DNA from: Escherichia phage vB_EcoD-Elw
Sequence record: OR621298
Reading direction: 5' to 3' (one strand)
DNA length: 64,000 nt
In this document: positions 34,755 through 44,510 of the stretch, in pieces
Layout: every line of letters begins with the position of its first letter
How positions within the stretch are numbered: position 1 is the stretch's first letter
Made by a program: the position numbers and the translations under genes
The notes under the pieces: model-generated
The model's database searches: none
What the model was told of the DNA's origin: nothing
What the model saw: only the letters and a program-made list of their open reading frames with translations

Positions 34755-35535
34755 GATGAAAATCGAAATTCCAACACAATGTCCCTCTTGTGGTTCTAAG
34801 CTAGATCTTGTCAACGGACAATTATTCTGTCGTAATAAGTCCAACTGTCCAGCGCAATCAAGCAAGTTAATTGAGAACTTCTGTTCAAAAATGAAGTTAA
34901 AGGGCTTTGGCCCAAAAACTATTGAGAAGCTGGAGCTGACGAAGATTTCAGAACTATTTTACCTAACCGAAGAAGATTTGGTTAGAGCCGTGGGTAGCAA
35001 GGTTGCCGCTAAGTTAATTAGCGAATTAAATACTAAAGTTCGCGGAGACATTGACTTTGGTTCAGTTCTCGGTTCTTTAGGAATCCCTCTAATTGGAGAG
35101 GTTGCAGCAAAGAAATTATCCCAAAATTGCACTAGCTTTCACGATGTGAAGGCTGACGGCAAGGCTGGAGAAAATTACAAAGCCTGGCTAAATTCCCCAC
35201 AAGGCAAGGATGTTATTAAACTACCGTGGAAATTTTCAACTGGTATTAAGGGCACTAAAGCTGACGTCATCATTACAGATGAATTAGTTGCCCAGCCAAA
35301 TGGAATCGCGGTATGTATTACCGGATCTTTGCAAGATTTTGCAAATCGAACGGATGCAACAAACTATTTAGAAGGTCTAGGATATACGGTTAAGAAATCC
35401 GTTACCAAAGACGTCAAATACCTAATCTGTGAGGATGAATCAAAACGTTCTTCCTCATCTTATAAGAAAGCCGAAACGAATGGGATAGAAATCCTGTCGA
35501 TTAAAGAACTATTGGAGAAAAATAATAATGTCTAA
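34755..35535 (+). CDS. NAD-dependent DNA ligase, C-terminal (Zn-finger/HhH/BRCT) subunit
   Basis: Start at ATG 34755 (AAGGAAG RBS); Cys4 finger CPSCGS...CRNKSNCPAQ, HhH-like region, BRCT-like C-terminus. Confidence 0.8.
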
Positions 35536-36295
35536 ACTGAACTGGAACGTAGAAGGTGTAACCGAGTCTCTGAAAGCAAAAGCCACTGCTCTGGGTGTTT
35601 CTGTAATCTCTCAAGAACAGGTAGCTGCTATCGCTGCTGAACTGGCTGCTGAAACTGGCAAAGATGTTACTGCTCGCTCTGTTGGCTCTAAACTGCGTAA
35701 AGAAGGTTTTGAAGTACAGAAAGCTAACGAAGTACAGAAATCCCCGTGGACTCCTGAGCAGGAAGCTGAACTGGTTGATTTCCTGAACGCTCATGCTGGT
35801 CAGTATACCTATGCTGAAATCGCTGCTGCTGTAGCTGGTGGTCAGTTCGGTGCTAAGCAGGTACAGGGTAAGATCCTGAGTCTGGAAATGACCGCTTCTG
35901 TTAAACCAACTGAAAAAGCTGCTGCTGTTCGTTCCTTTACTCCGGATGAAGAAACTGATTTTGTTAATCAGGTTGTTGCTGGTGCTACTATTGAAGCTAT
36001 CGCTGCTCACTTCGGCCGCAATATCAAGCAGATCCGTGGTAAAGCTCTGAGCCTGCTTCGTGAAGGTCGTATTGCTGCTATGCCGGTACAGGAAACTTCA
36101 AGTGCTAAAACTCGTGAAGATCTGTTAGAAGGTCTGGATCTGGTTAACATGACTGTTGCTGAGATCGCTGAGAAAACCGGTAAGTCTGAGCGTGGTGTTA
36201 AATCTATGCTGTCTCGTCGTGGTCTGGTTGCTAAGGACTATGATGGTGCCGCTAAGCGTGCTAAACTGGATGCAAAAGCTGCGGCTGCTGAATAA
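35528..36295 (+). CDS. Ala-rich protein with three HTH-like repeats (255 aa), probably abundant DNA-binding protein
   Basis: Three related segments (VSVISQEQVAAIAAELAAETGKDVTARSVGSKLRKEG; ATIEAIAAHFGRNIKQIRGKALSLLREG; MTVAEIAEKTGKSERGVKSMLSRRG); strongly E. coli-like codon usage; followed by a strong terminator. Confidence 0.65.
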   Translation: MSKLNWNVEGVTESLKAKATALGVSVISQEQVAAIAAELAAETGKDVTARSVGSKLRKEGFEVQKANEVQKSPWTPEQEAELVDFLNAHAGQYTYAEIAAAVAGGQFGAKQVQGKILSLEMTASVKPTEKAAAVRSFTPDEETDFVNQVVAGATIEAIAAHFGRNIKQIRGKALSLLREGRIAAMPVQETSSAKTREDLLEGLDLVNMTVAEIAEKTGKSERGVKSMLSRRGLVAKDYDGAAKRAKLDAKAAAAE

Positions 36296-36312
36296 TCTGG
36301 TAAATTAAACCT

Positions 36313-36346
36313 AAGGGGAGGGGGCTATGCTCCTTCCCCTTTTTGC
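36313..36346 (+). terminator. rho-independent terminator (GC-rich 10-bp stem plus U-run)
   Basis: GGGGAGGGGG..CTCCTTCCCC stem with the ATG at 36327 in its loop, followed by TTTTT. Confidence 0.6.
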
Positions 36347-36377
36347 ATTTAGAAGGCACGAAAGCGTGCAAAGGAGA

Positions 36378-37850
36378 ATGACCTTGTTTAACGTGCAAGC
36401 TGTAGTGTTGAAGATGCTTCTAGCTTCCGAACAGAAGCAAATAGCATTGGAAACATTCTCAAAACTGCATAAAGATCATTTTAATGACGCTTTCTCCTCA
36501 ATTTACCAAGCCGTCCAGAATTATTATAAAAAATATAACACAATGCCGTCCATTGACGCACTTATGCTTGAAGCTAATAGGAACGCCCGCCTTTCTCAAG
36601 CTCTAGTCGTCTTAGCTAACACTCAAATTCCAGAAGTGAGCATGGAACAGGCACTTGAAGTCCTAGAAGCCGAATATACACAGGATTTATTCCTGAAGCT
36701 TCTAGAAACAGACGTGCTTCAAGATTTAACAATGCTGGATCAGGGAGAAATTCTCAACCGAGTTGCCTCCCTTCACTTAAAATTAGAAGAGAAAGTAACG
36801 AATACTGGAAAAGTATTCAACGCAGATAACATGCGTATTTTCCAGAGAGAAGAAGATACCAAACTGAACTTAATCGCTCTTGGTATTTGTAATGAGTTCG
36901 ACGCTCAAATTGGTTTAGCTCGCACAGAAACGTTACTGCTTGGTGGTTGGCGTGGTACTGGTAAATCCATTATCTGTTCAAACATACAGGTTCAGCAATA
37001 TTTGAATGGAGATATTGCTCCATACTTCTCAATTGAGATGAAAGAACACGAAGTATTTAGACGTAATCTAGCCATGTTAGCTGGTGTATCAGCACTAGCA
37101 ATGCGTAATAATACTCTAGAAGGTGCAGCTCTGTTGAGATTAGCCAGAACTAGAGCCAGAATGTTTAATGGTGGTGAAGAGCTTTTTGATAACTTCGTTA
37201 AACAGTACACGATGGCTAAGATGAGTGATTTCTACGATATGGAGAGTAAGCTAATAGAGGGATATGAACTACATACTCCTATGATTATCGTTTATGACCC
37301 TGAACTGTCCATTACAACAGTTGACGTAGAATTAAATAAATTAGTTGCTAGATATGGTGATAAAGTTACAGTAGCTTTACTGGACTATATTAACCAAACC
37401 CGACTTCCAGATTCTAAAACCATTGATATGTATGACTGGAAAGAACAGATGGTTGTTAGCTCGTCTTTCAAATCTATCTGCCAGAAACATAACGTGGCTG
37501 GTGTAGCTCCTTACCAGATCGATCAAGATGGTAGAACACGTATGTCAAAGGGGATTCTTGATTCCGCAGACATGGCTGCTAATCTTAATGCTGCAAAAGC
37601 TGATAATGGTCAAGGTGCTATTATGTTTGACTTCGTTAAGACTCGTTCTTCTGATAGCGTGAAGTTTATGCCTAAGATGAACTGGGAAACTCTGCGAATG
37701 GATAATACAACTAACCTAGCAATGGAAGATATATCTCAAATGGAAGCTGAGTTCGTTATCCCTATTGAGAAGGATAAGCCGGCTCAACCTAAACGTGCTA
37801 AGAAAGACAAAACTGAAAATTTAACAGGTGAACAGGCCAGCGATATATGA
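36378..37850 (+). CDS. DnaB-like replicative helicase (start uncertain)
   Basis: Walker A GGWRGTGKS and Walker B-like IIVYDPE; longest ORF starts at ATG 36327 inside the terminator hairpin; ATG 36378 follows AAGGAG with a very short spacer. Confidence 0.65.
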   Translation: MTLFNVQAVVLKMLLASEQKQIALETFSKLHKDHFNDAFSSIYQAVQNYYKKYNTMPSIDALMLEANRNARLSQALVVLANTQIPEVSMEQALEVLEAEYTQDLFLKLLETDVLQDLTMLDQGEILNRVASLHLKLEEKVTNTGKVFNADNMRIFQREEDTKLNLIALGICNEFDAQIGLARTETLLLGGWRGTGKSIICSNIQVQQYLNGDIAPYFSIEMKEHEVFRRNLAMLAGVSALAMRNNTLEGAALLRLARTRARMFNGGEELFDNFVKQYTMAKMSDFYDMESKLIEGYELHTPMIIVYDPELSITTVDVELNKLVARYGDKVTVALLDYINQTRLPDSKTIDMYDWKEQMVVSSSFKSICQKHNVAGVAPYQIDQDGRTRMSKGILDSADMAANLNAAKADNGQGAIMFDFVKTRSSDSVKFMPKMNWETLRMDNTTNLAMEDISQMEAEFVIPIEKDKPAQPKRAKKDKTENLTGEQASDI

Positions 37851-38737
37851 GTAGAATAACAGAACTACTTGATCTGAAAGGCATTGAATATAAAGACACA
37901 GGTGGGGACATCCTCATCTGTTGTCTCAATCCAGATCATGACGATAAACACCCAAGTTTGCGTATTGATCCTGAAACAGGTATTATGCACTGCTTGAGTT
38001 GTGGCTTCGGTAAAGGTATACCGAGCATTTACCATTATTTTAATGAGACTCAGTACCGACAGTCTCCAAGACTATCACAGGTACGTAAAAAGATTTCAGA
38101 GATTAGGAATGGATCAACGAATCTTGCAATTCCTGAATCTGCTTACCTTTTCGAAGGTGATTTCCGAGGTATAAGTTCTAAGACCTTGAAGAAATATTTT
38201 GCTTTCCAACACCAAGCAGACTGGGAAGGCAGAATTGTATTCCCAATCACAGATGCTGTTGGACGCAATATCCTATTTTTGGGTCGTTCTATAAACAGTT
38301 CTGCCCCTCCTAAATACTTAGTAAAACCAAAACAAGTTTCACCGCCAATTTTTCCTGTACGATATAATACTCCAGTTCTTATTCTAGTTGAAGGCATCTT
38401 TGATATGCTGAACCTAGAGGATAATGGTATAGACTATGCTTCTTGCTGCTTTGGTACACATCAGTTTACTTCGGATAACATTGCAGATAAGTTCAGTCCT
38501 TATATTATTGCTGGGGTAAAAGTTGTTGTTATCTTACTAGATAATGATGCTTCTGGTAATAAAGCTGCACAAGCATTGGCTAAGCTAATTCGTACAAAAA
38601 CGCGTTTAACACCTGTAGTTGCTAACTTCCTCCTGCCTGAAGGCAAAGATCCAGGTGATTTAAACAAAGATGAAATTGATATGTTAGCAAAACGTATTGA
38701 AATTTTAGTTGCTGAATCGCTTAAAGATTTGGTATAA
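37847..38737 (+). CDS. DnaG-like DNA primase (Zn-finger plus TOPRIM)
   Basis: 296 aa; Zn finger CCLNPDHDDKHPSLRIDPETGIMHCLSCG; TOPRIM motifs ILVEGIFDM and LLDNDASGNKA; ATGA-coupled to the helicase. Confidence 0.85.
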   Translation: MSRITELLDLKGIEYKDTGGDILICCLNPDHDDKHPSLRIDPETGIMHCLSCGFGKGIPSIYHYFNETQYRQSPRLSQVRKKISEIRNGSTNLAIPESAYLFEGDFRGISSKTLKKYFAFQHQADWEGRIVFPITDAVGRNILFLGRSINSSAPPKYLVKPKQVSPPIFPVRYNTPVLILVEGIFDMLNLEDNGIDYASCCFGTHQFTSDNIADKFSPYIIAGVKVVVILLDNDASGNKAAQALAKLIRTKTRLTPVVANFLLPEGKDPGDLNKDEIDMLAKRIEILVAESLKDLV

Positions 38738-38738
38738 T
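38709..38738 (+). promoter_or_regulatory. promoter with extended -10 (TGGTATAAT)
   Basis: TTGCTG, 18-nt spacer, TATAAT, inside the primase 3' end. Confidence 0.5.
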
Positions 38739-38742
38739 ATAT

Positions 38743-38786
38743 TGGTAAGTTAGAGAAGAAACACTGAAGTTATACTTACTTACCAA
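38743..38786 (+). promoter_or_regulatory. 9-bp inverted repeat (stem-loop) in the DNA polymerase 5' leader
   Basis: TTGGTAAGT..ACTTACCAA with 26-nt loop; 3' arm abuts the AAGAGG RBS of the TTG-initiated polymerase gene. Confidence 0.45.
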
Positions 38787-38799
38787 GAGGAGATTAAAT

Positions 38800-41367
38800 T
38801 TGAAAATCGCAGTAGTTGATAAAGCTCTAAACAACACTCGTTATGATAAACATTTCCAGCTATACGGCGAGGAAGTTGATGTATTCCATATGTGTAACGA
38901 GAAGTTATCTGGTCGTTTGCTTAAAAAGCACATTACTATTGGAACACCAGAAAACCCATTTGATCCGAATGATTATGATTTTGTTATACTAGTAGGTGCT
39001 GAACCTTTCCTGTACTTCGCAGGTAAGAAAGGCATTGGTGACTATACTGGTAAACGTGTAGAGTATAATGGATATGCTAACTGGATTGCGAGTATCAGCC
39101 CAGCCCAGTTACACTTTAAGCCTGAAATGAAACCAGTCTTTGATGCAACAGTAGAGAATATCCACGATATTATCAATGGTCGTGAGAAGATTGCAAAAGC
39201 TGGTGATTACCGTCCTATTACTAACCCTGACGAGGCGGAAGAATATATCAAGATGGTGTATAATATGGTTATCGGACCTGTAGCATTCGACTCCGAAACC
39301 TCAGCACTATACTGTCGAGATGGTTATCTGCTTGGCGTTTCTATGTCTCACCAAGAGTATCAGGGTGTATATATCGATTCTGATTGTCTCACAGAGGTTG
39401 CAGTATATTATCTCCAGAAAATTCTGGATAGTGAAAACCACACTATTGTTTTTCACAACTTGAAGTTTGATATGCACTTTTATAAGTACCATCTGGGACT
39501 TACTTTTGATAAAGCACATAAAGAACGCAGGCTCCATGATACTATGTTGCAGCATTATGTTCTAGATGAGCGTCGTGGTACTCATGGCTTGAAATCTCTA
39601 GCAATGAAGTATACCGATATGGGCGACTATGACTTTGAACTAGATAAGTTCAAGGATGATTACTGCAAAGCACATAAAATCAAGAAAGAAGATTTCACAT
39701 ATGATTTAATTCCGTTTGATATTATGTGGCCTTACGCTGCAAAAGATACAGATGCTACCATACGTTTGCACAACTTCTTCTTACCAAAAATTGAGAAGAA
39801 TGAAAAACTTTGCAGTCTGTATTATGATGTTCTAATGCCTGGTTGTGTATTTCTCCAGCGTGTTGAGGATCGTGGTGTACCTATTTCTATTGATCGTTTA
39901 AAAGAAGCTCAGTACCAGTTAACTCATAATCTGAATAAAGCTCGTGAGAAGCTGTATACTTATCCAGAAGTCGTTCAGCTAGAGAAAGATCAGAACGAAG
40001 CGTTTAACCCAAACTCTGTTAAGCAGCTACGTGTTCTTCTGTTTGATTATGTTGGCTTAACCCCAACAGGTAAATTGACGGATACTGGAGCAGACTCTAC
40101 AGATGCAGAAGCTCTGAACGAATTGTCTACGCAGCATCCAATTGCTAAGACTCTACTAGAGATTCGTAAGCTGACTAAGCTGATCTCTACTTACGTTGAG
40201 AAGATTCTTCTGAGCATTGATGCTGATGGTTGCATTCGTACTGGCTTCCACGAACACATGACTACTTCTGGTCGTCTGAGTTCTTCTGGTAAACTGAACC
40301 TGCAACAGTTACCTCGTGATGAATCTATTATCAAGGGTTGTGTGGTTGCACCACCTGGATACCGTGTAATCGCATGGGACTTAACAACTGCGGAAGTTTA
40401 TTATGCTGCTGTTCTATCTGGTGATAGAAATATGCAACAGGTATTTATCAACATGAGAAATGAACCTGATAAATACCCTGACTTCCACTCTAACATCGCA
40501 CACATGGTATTTAAGCTCCAATGCGAACCTCGTGATGTTAAAAAGTTATTCCCAGCTCTGCGTCAAGCAGCTAAAGCAATCACCTTTGGTATTCTGTATG
40601 GTTCTGGCCCAGCTAAAGTAGCTCATTCTGTTAACGAAGCTCTTCTGGAACAGGCTGCTAAGACAGGCGAACCGTTTGTAGAGTGTACTGTTGCAGATGC
40701 TAAAGAGTACATTGAAACTTACTTCGGTCAGTTCCCGCAGCTTAAGCGTTGGATTGATAAGTGCCACGATCAGATCAAGAATCATGGATTTATCTATAGT
40801 CACTTTGGTCGTAAACGTCGTCTGCATAATATCCACTCCGAAGACCGTGGTGTTCAGGGTGAAGAAATCCGTTCTGGATTTAACGCAATCATTCAGTCTG
40901 CTTCTTCTGATAGCCTCCTTTTAGGTGCGGTAGATGCAGATAATGAGATCATTTCTCTTGGCCTAGAACAAGAGATGAAGATTGTTATGCTGGTTCATGA
41001 CTCCGTAGTTGCTATTGTTCGTGAGGATTTGATCGACCAATACAATGAAATCCTGATTCGTAATATTCAGAAAGACCGTGGTATCAGTATCCCTGGCTGT
41101 CCGATTGGTATTGATTCTGATTCTGAGGCTGGAGGTTCTCGTGACTACTCCTGTGGTAAGATGAAGAAACAGCATCCATCAATCGCTTGTATTGATGATG
41201 ATGAATATACTCGTTATGTCAAGGGTGTATTACTTGATGCAGAGTTCGAGTATAAGAAACTAGCTGCAATGGATAAAGAGCATCCAGATCATAGCAAGTA
41301 CAAGGATGATAAGTTTATTGCTGTATGTAAAGATCTGGATAACGTGAAAAGGATTCTCGGTGCTTAA
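38800..41367 (+). CDS. family-A DNA polymerase with 3'-5' exonuclease domain
   Basis: 855 aa, TTG start with AAGAGG RBS; exo motif VAFDSETSAL; polymerase motifs FNPNSVKQL, FHEHMTTSGRLSS, KAITFGILYG, VHDS. Confidence 0.9.
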   Translation: MKIAVVDKALNNTRYDKHFQLYGEEVDVFHMCNEKLSGRLLKKHITIGTPENPFDPNDYDFVILVGAEPFLYFAGKKGIGDYTGKRVEYNGYANWIASISPAQLHFKPEMKPVFDATVENIHDIINGREKIAKAGDYRPITNPDEAEEYIKMVYNMVIGPVAFDSETSALYCRDGYLLGVSMSHQEYQGVYIDSDCLTEVAVYYLQKILDSENHTIVFHNLKFDMHFYKYHLGLTFDKAHKERRLHDTMLQHYVLDERRGTHGLKSLAMKYTDMGDYDFELDKFKDDYCKAHKIKKEDFTYDLIPFDIMWPYAAKDTDATIRLHNFFLPKIEKNEKLCSLYYDVLMPGCVFLQRVEDRGVPISIDRLKEAQYQLTHNLNKAREKLYTYPEVVQLEKDQNEAFNPNSVKQLRVLLFDYVGLTPTGKLTDTGADSTDAEALNELSTQHPIAKTLLEIRKLTKLISTYVEKILLSIDADGCIRTGFHEHMTTSGRLSSSGKLNLQQLPRDESIIKGCVVAPPGYRVIAWDLTTAEVYYAAVLSGDRNMQQVFINMRNEPDKYPDFHSNIAHMVFKLQCEPRDVKKLFPALRQAAKAITFGILYGSGPAKVAHSVNEALLEQAAKTGEPFVECTVADAKEYIETYFGQFPQLKRWIDKCHDQIKNHGFIYSHFGRKRRLHNIHSEDRGVQGEEIRSGFNAIIQSASSDSLLLGAVDADNEIISLGLEQEMKIVMLVHDSVVAIVREDLIDQYNEILIRNIQKDRGISIPGCPIGIDSDSEAGGSRDYSCGKMKKQHPSIACIDDDEYTRYVKGVLLDAEFEYKKLAAMDKEHPDHSKYKDDKFIAVCKDLDNVKRILGA

Positions 41368-41857
41368 TTTCAAATTGCCCGTCTATGCGTTACGGGCATT
41401 TGTATCAATTGAGCAAGAAGGTGATTATTCCGTAATTACAACAAGATATAATAAATATGTGCTAGATAACAGGAAGTTGCCTGGCACGTTTTCTCAACGT
41501 AGGCTTATTCTATTTGAGAAACGGAAAGAATTACCATACAAGCTCTATCCTATTAGGGGTAGAATATCAATGTTGTCTCAATTAGTGGGGTCAAAGCGTA
41601 ACCAATTTATAGATTCTGATGGAAATCTTATTAATTGGAAGAAAACTACGTTCTATGATGTTGTCACCTCTAAAGTTTTGCATTCAGCTAGAATTTATAA
41701 TGGAAAATACCAATGCTATGTGGCTAAAGTTCCATATCCATTTGTATTATCCTATGTTCCAGCTTATATAAGCTATATTCTGGTAAATAATAGCCCTGTT
41801 ATTTATCAAGTCCATCAAGAGGAGCCTGAAATTCCTAGACTTAGAATAAAATTATGA
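41360..41857 (+). CDS. hypothetical Tyr-rich protein (165 aa), N-terminus uncertain
   Basis: GTG start overlapping the polymerase stop; a hairpin GCCCGT..ACGGGC lies within the first codons. Confidence 0.4.
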   Translation: MLNFKLPVYALRAFVSIEQEGDYSVITTRYNKYVLDNRKLPGTFSQRRLILFEKRKELPYKLYPIRGRISMLSQLVGSKRNQFIDSDGNLINWKKTTFYDVVTSKVLHSARIYNGKYQCYVAKVPYPFVLSYVPAYISYILVNNSPVIYQVHQEEPEIPRLRIKL

Positions 41858-43206
41858 AAGTTGTTATATCTAATAAAGCCTATTTCAAGCCCGATGATGA
41901 ACTTTGGGATTATTGTAGTAAGCAAACCACTTATCACATAGAGACAATGACTAGTAAATACCCTATTATGTACAAGAATAGTGGTGTTGTTGCCAAAGAG
42001 ATTAAGTGGATTCCTATTACGCGTCTGGACTTACTAGATGCTAAAGGAGTAAAATACGAATTAGTAGATAAACGCACATTAGCTCCGGTAGCTATACCAG
42101 AACCTAAGTTCAAGCTGCGTGAAGAAGATCAGCTTCCAATATATGAAGAATGTGACGATACCTGTATTATTAATGGTAAACCTGGATTTGGTAAAACTAT
42201 CCTAGCCCTTGCACTTGCGTATAAATTTGGCCAGAAAACTTTGGTAATCTGTACAAATACATCTATTCGTGAGATGTGGGCAGCAGAAGTTCGTAAATGG
42301 TTTGGGTTTGAACCAGGCATAATAGGTTCTGGGAAATATAACATTGATCCACCAATTGTGGTCAGTAATATTCAAACAGTGAATAAACATGCGAATAATC
42401 TTTCTAAAGTATTCGGTACTGTTATAGTTGATGAAGTTCACCATTGTGTAGCTACAACTTTCACTAACTTCCTAGAAATATCCTGTGCTCGCTATAAAAT
42501 TGGACTATCCGGCACATTAAAACGGAAAGACGGTCTACAAGTTATGTTCAAAGATTTCTTTGGATATAAGATATTTAGTCCGCCGGTTAATAATACTGTT
42601 GCACCTACAATCCATAGGTACTCCGTACCTGTTGAGTTATCAGGAAACCAAAACGTACCATGGGCATTACGTGCTAACGATGTGTATAATCATCCTGAAT
42701 ATCGAGAAACTATTATAAACCTAGCACATTTATATGTGAATATGGGGCATAAAGTACTCATTGTAAGTGATAGAACAGAGTTAATCCAAACAGTACTAGA
42801 AGCTCTTGCACAGCGTGGTGTTACAACATATGAAATTATAGGGGCAACCCACTTGGATGACCGATTAAAAATTCAAGAAGATATAGCAAAAGGTGGTCCT
42901 TGTGTACTTGCAGCAGCTCAAAGTATCTTCTCTGAAGGTATTTCCCTTAATGAGCTATCTTGTTTAATAATGGGAAGCCTCATTAATAATGAATCTCTCA
43001 TTGAACAGCTTGCAGGCCGTGTTCAACGTATTGTCGATGGTAAACTCGACCCTATTGTTGTAGATCTAATTATGAAAGGTGGTACTGGGCTAAGACAGGC
43101 TTCTGGGCGTATGGCAGTATATCGTAATAACGGGTGGAAAACTATTACCATGACTCCTGAGAAAGCAGTTCAATTAGCTAAAATTGCATTTGGCAATAGC
43201 TCATAA
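41854..43206 (+). CDS. SF2 DNA helicase (T5 D10-like)
   Basis: 450 aa; Walker A NGKPGFGKT, DEVH box VIVDEVHH, C-terminal helicase motifs. Confidence 0.8.
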   Translation: MKVVISNKAYFKPDDELWDYCSKQTTYHIETMTSKYPIMYKNSGVVAKEIKWIPITRLDLLDAKGVKYELVDKRTLAPVAIPEPKFKLREEDQLPIYEECDDTCIINGKPGFGKTILALALAYKFGQKTLVICTNTSIREMWAAEVRKWFGFEPGIIGSGKYNIDPPIVVSNIQTVNKHANNLSKVFGTVIVDEVHHCVATTFTNFLEISCARYKIGLSGTLKRKDGLQVMFKDFFGYKIFSPPVNNTVAPTIHRYSVPVELSGNQNVPWALRANDVYNHPEYRETIINLAHLYVNMGHKVLIVSDRTELIQTVLEALAQRGVTTYEIIGATHLDDRLKIQEDIAKGGPCVLAAAQSIFSEGISLNELSCLIMGSLINNESLIEQLAGRVQRIVDGKLDPIVVDLIMKGGTGLRQASGRMAVYRNNGWKTITMTPEKAVQLAKIAFGNSS

Positions 43207-43289
43207 ATGATGTATAATATATACATAAATTTGAGAGAGAAAGTTTCGGATTGATAAGAAAGTCCGAAGCAGAAAAATAAAAATTTTAG

Positions 43290-43319
43290 TTGCTAAATTC
43301 TCTCGAAATCTAGTATAAT
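43290..43319 (+). promoter_or_regulatory. sigma70-type promoter (TTGCTA-18-TATAAT), second of a tandem pair
   Basis: Preceded by another TGTATAAT element at about 43211-43218. Confidence 0.55.
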
Positions 43320-43426
43320 ATATACATAAATTCGAGGAGAAAACAAAAATTAAATTCTTCGATTATGAAAAGCTATACTTACTAGCTAGAGGAAATTCCG
43401 ACCTAATTATTAAGCTATTCAAAAGA

Positions 43427-43711
43427 ATGCTTACAGAGCCTGATGCTCATCAATTATTGGTCGGTTCCTCATTCATTTTGAATGAATCAACAATAGTTGA
43501 TAATCCAAATAAATTGTCTAATAGACAACTGGCAGAATATCTAGGAATTTTAAGTCTACGAAATTATGCCGAATACAAGTTTACAAACGATCCTAGTTTG
43601 GACATACAATATGTTCCAGTATGGATACCACGTTTAGTAATCGACACTAACCCACTAATCGCAATTAACAAATCGAAATTAATCTTTAAAGAGGAAATAA
43701 AATATGGCTAA
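43427..43711 (+). CDS. hypothetical protein (94 aa)
   Basis: ORF with weak RBS; ends overlapping the start of the next gene. Confidence 0.35.
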   Translation: MLTEPDAHQLLVGSSFILNESTIVDNPNKLSNRQLAEYLGILSLRNYAEYKFTNDPSLDIQYVPVWIPRLVIDTNPLIAINKSKLIFKEEIKYG

Positions 43712-44474
43712 GTCTTGGGGCGAAACTACTGGCGGTTCTAACGATAAAATCGAATTCCTGAAGTTCAACAACGGTATCACTCGTGTTCGTATCGTTTCTG
43801 GTGTTCTTCCACGTTATGTCTATTGGCTGACTAATAAAGAGGGTAGCGTAGCTCCTTTCGAATGTCTTCGTTTCAACCGTGACAAAGAGAGCTTTGTTCG
43901 TGGTAAAGCCGATCCGGTTCATGAGATGGGCTTCTTTGAGAAAGAGCTGGATAAAGACGGTAATCGTGTTCCGCTGAAACCGAAGAAAAACTATATCGCT
44001 TTTGTTATTGACCGTTCTGATAACAAGCTGAAAGTAATGGAAGTCAAGGCTACTATTCTGAAAGGCATCCAGTCTATCATGAAGCAGTTGAACCTGGCAA
44101 CTCCGTTTGATATTGATATTTCTATCGAGAAAAAAGGTAAAGGTTTCGATACTGAGTATGATGTACAGCAGATTGCTGCTATGCAGTTCCAGATTAAGCT
44201 GCAAGATCCTAACAGTGCGGAATCTAAGCAATATGCTGCGGATGTAGATCTGATCGGTGAAGCTATGTGTGATGAAGATGGTGACATCATTAAGTTCGAA
44301 AAAGTTCCTTCTCTGGAACAAACCTATCCGGTTCCTACCTATGAAGAGCAGAAAGAAGCAATTCAAGCCTTCATGGAAGGTCGTGAGAATAAAGATGATG
44401 CCAAATCTGGTAACAGCAATGCTGGTTCCCAGAAAGGTATTGACCAAGAAGCTGCAAGCGATCTGGACGACTAA
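43704..44474 (+). CDS. abundant acidic-tailed protein, putative single-stranded DNA-binding protein
   Basis: 256 aa; strong RBS AAAGAGGAAATAAAAT; E. coli-like codon usage; acidic C-terminal tail ...QEAASDLDD; followed by a terminator. Confidence 0.6.
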   Translation: MAKSWGETTGGSNDKIEFLKFNNGITRVRIVSGVLPRYVYWLTNKEGSVAPFECLRFNRDKESFVRGKADPVHEMGFFEKELDKDGNRVPLKPKKNYIAFVIDRSDNKLKVMEVKATILKGIQSIMKQLNLATPFDIDISIEKKGKGFDTEYDVQQIAAMQFQIKLQDPNSAESKQYAADVDLIGEAMCDEDGDIIKFEKVPSLEQTYPVPTYEEQKEAIQAFMEGRENKDDAKSGNSNAGSQKGIDQEAASDLDD

Positions 44475-44480
44475 TAAATA

Positions 44481-44506
44481 GAGGGGCTTCGGCCCCTTTC
44501 TTTTTA
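44481..44506 (+). terminator. rho-independent terminator
   Basis: Stem GGGGC/GCCCC with TTCG loop followed by TTTCTTTTT. Confidence 0.7.
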
Positions 44507-44510
44507 ACCA

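Noticed and set aside
36313-36346. GGGGAGGGGG hairpin read as the Shine-Dalgarno sequence for a helicase start at ATG 36327
   Set aside because: The ATG sits in the loop of a 10-bp GC-rich stem followed by a U-run, which fits an intrinsic terminator better; kept as an open alternative.
43686-44447. Minus-strand 253-aa ORF
   Set aside because: Antisense to the strongly supported plus-strand gene 43704-44474 (strong RBS, terminator, operon polarity).
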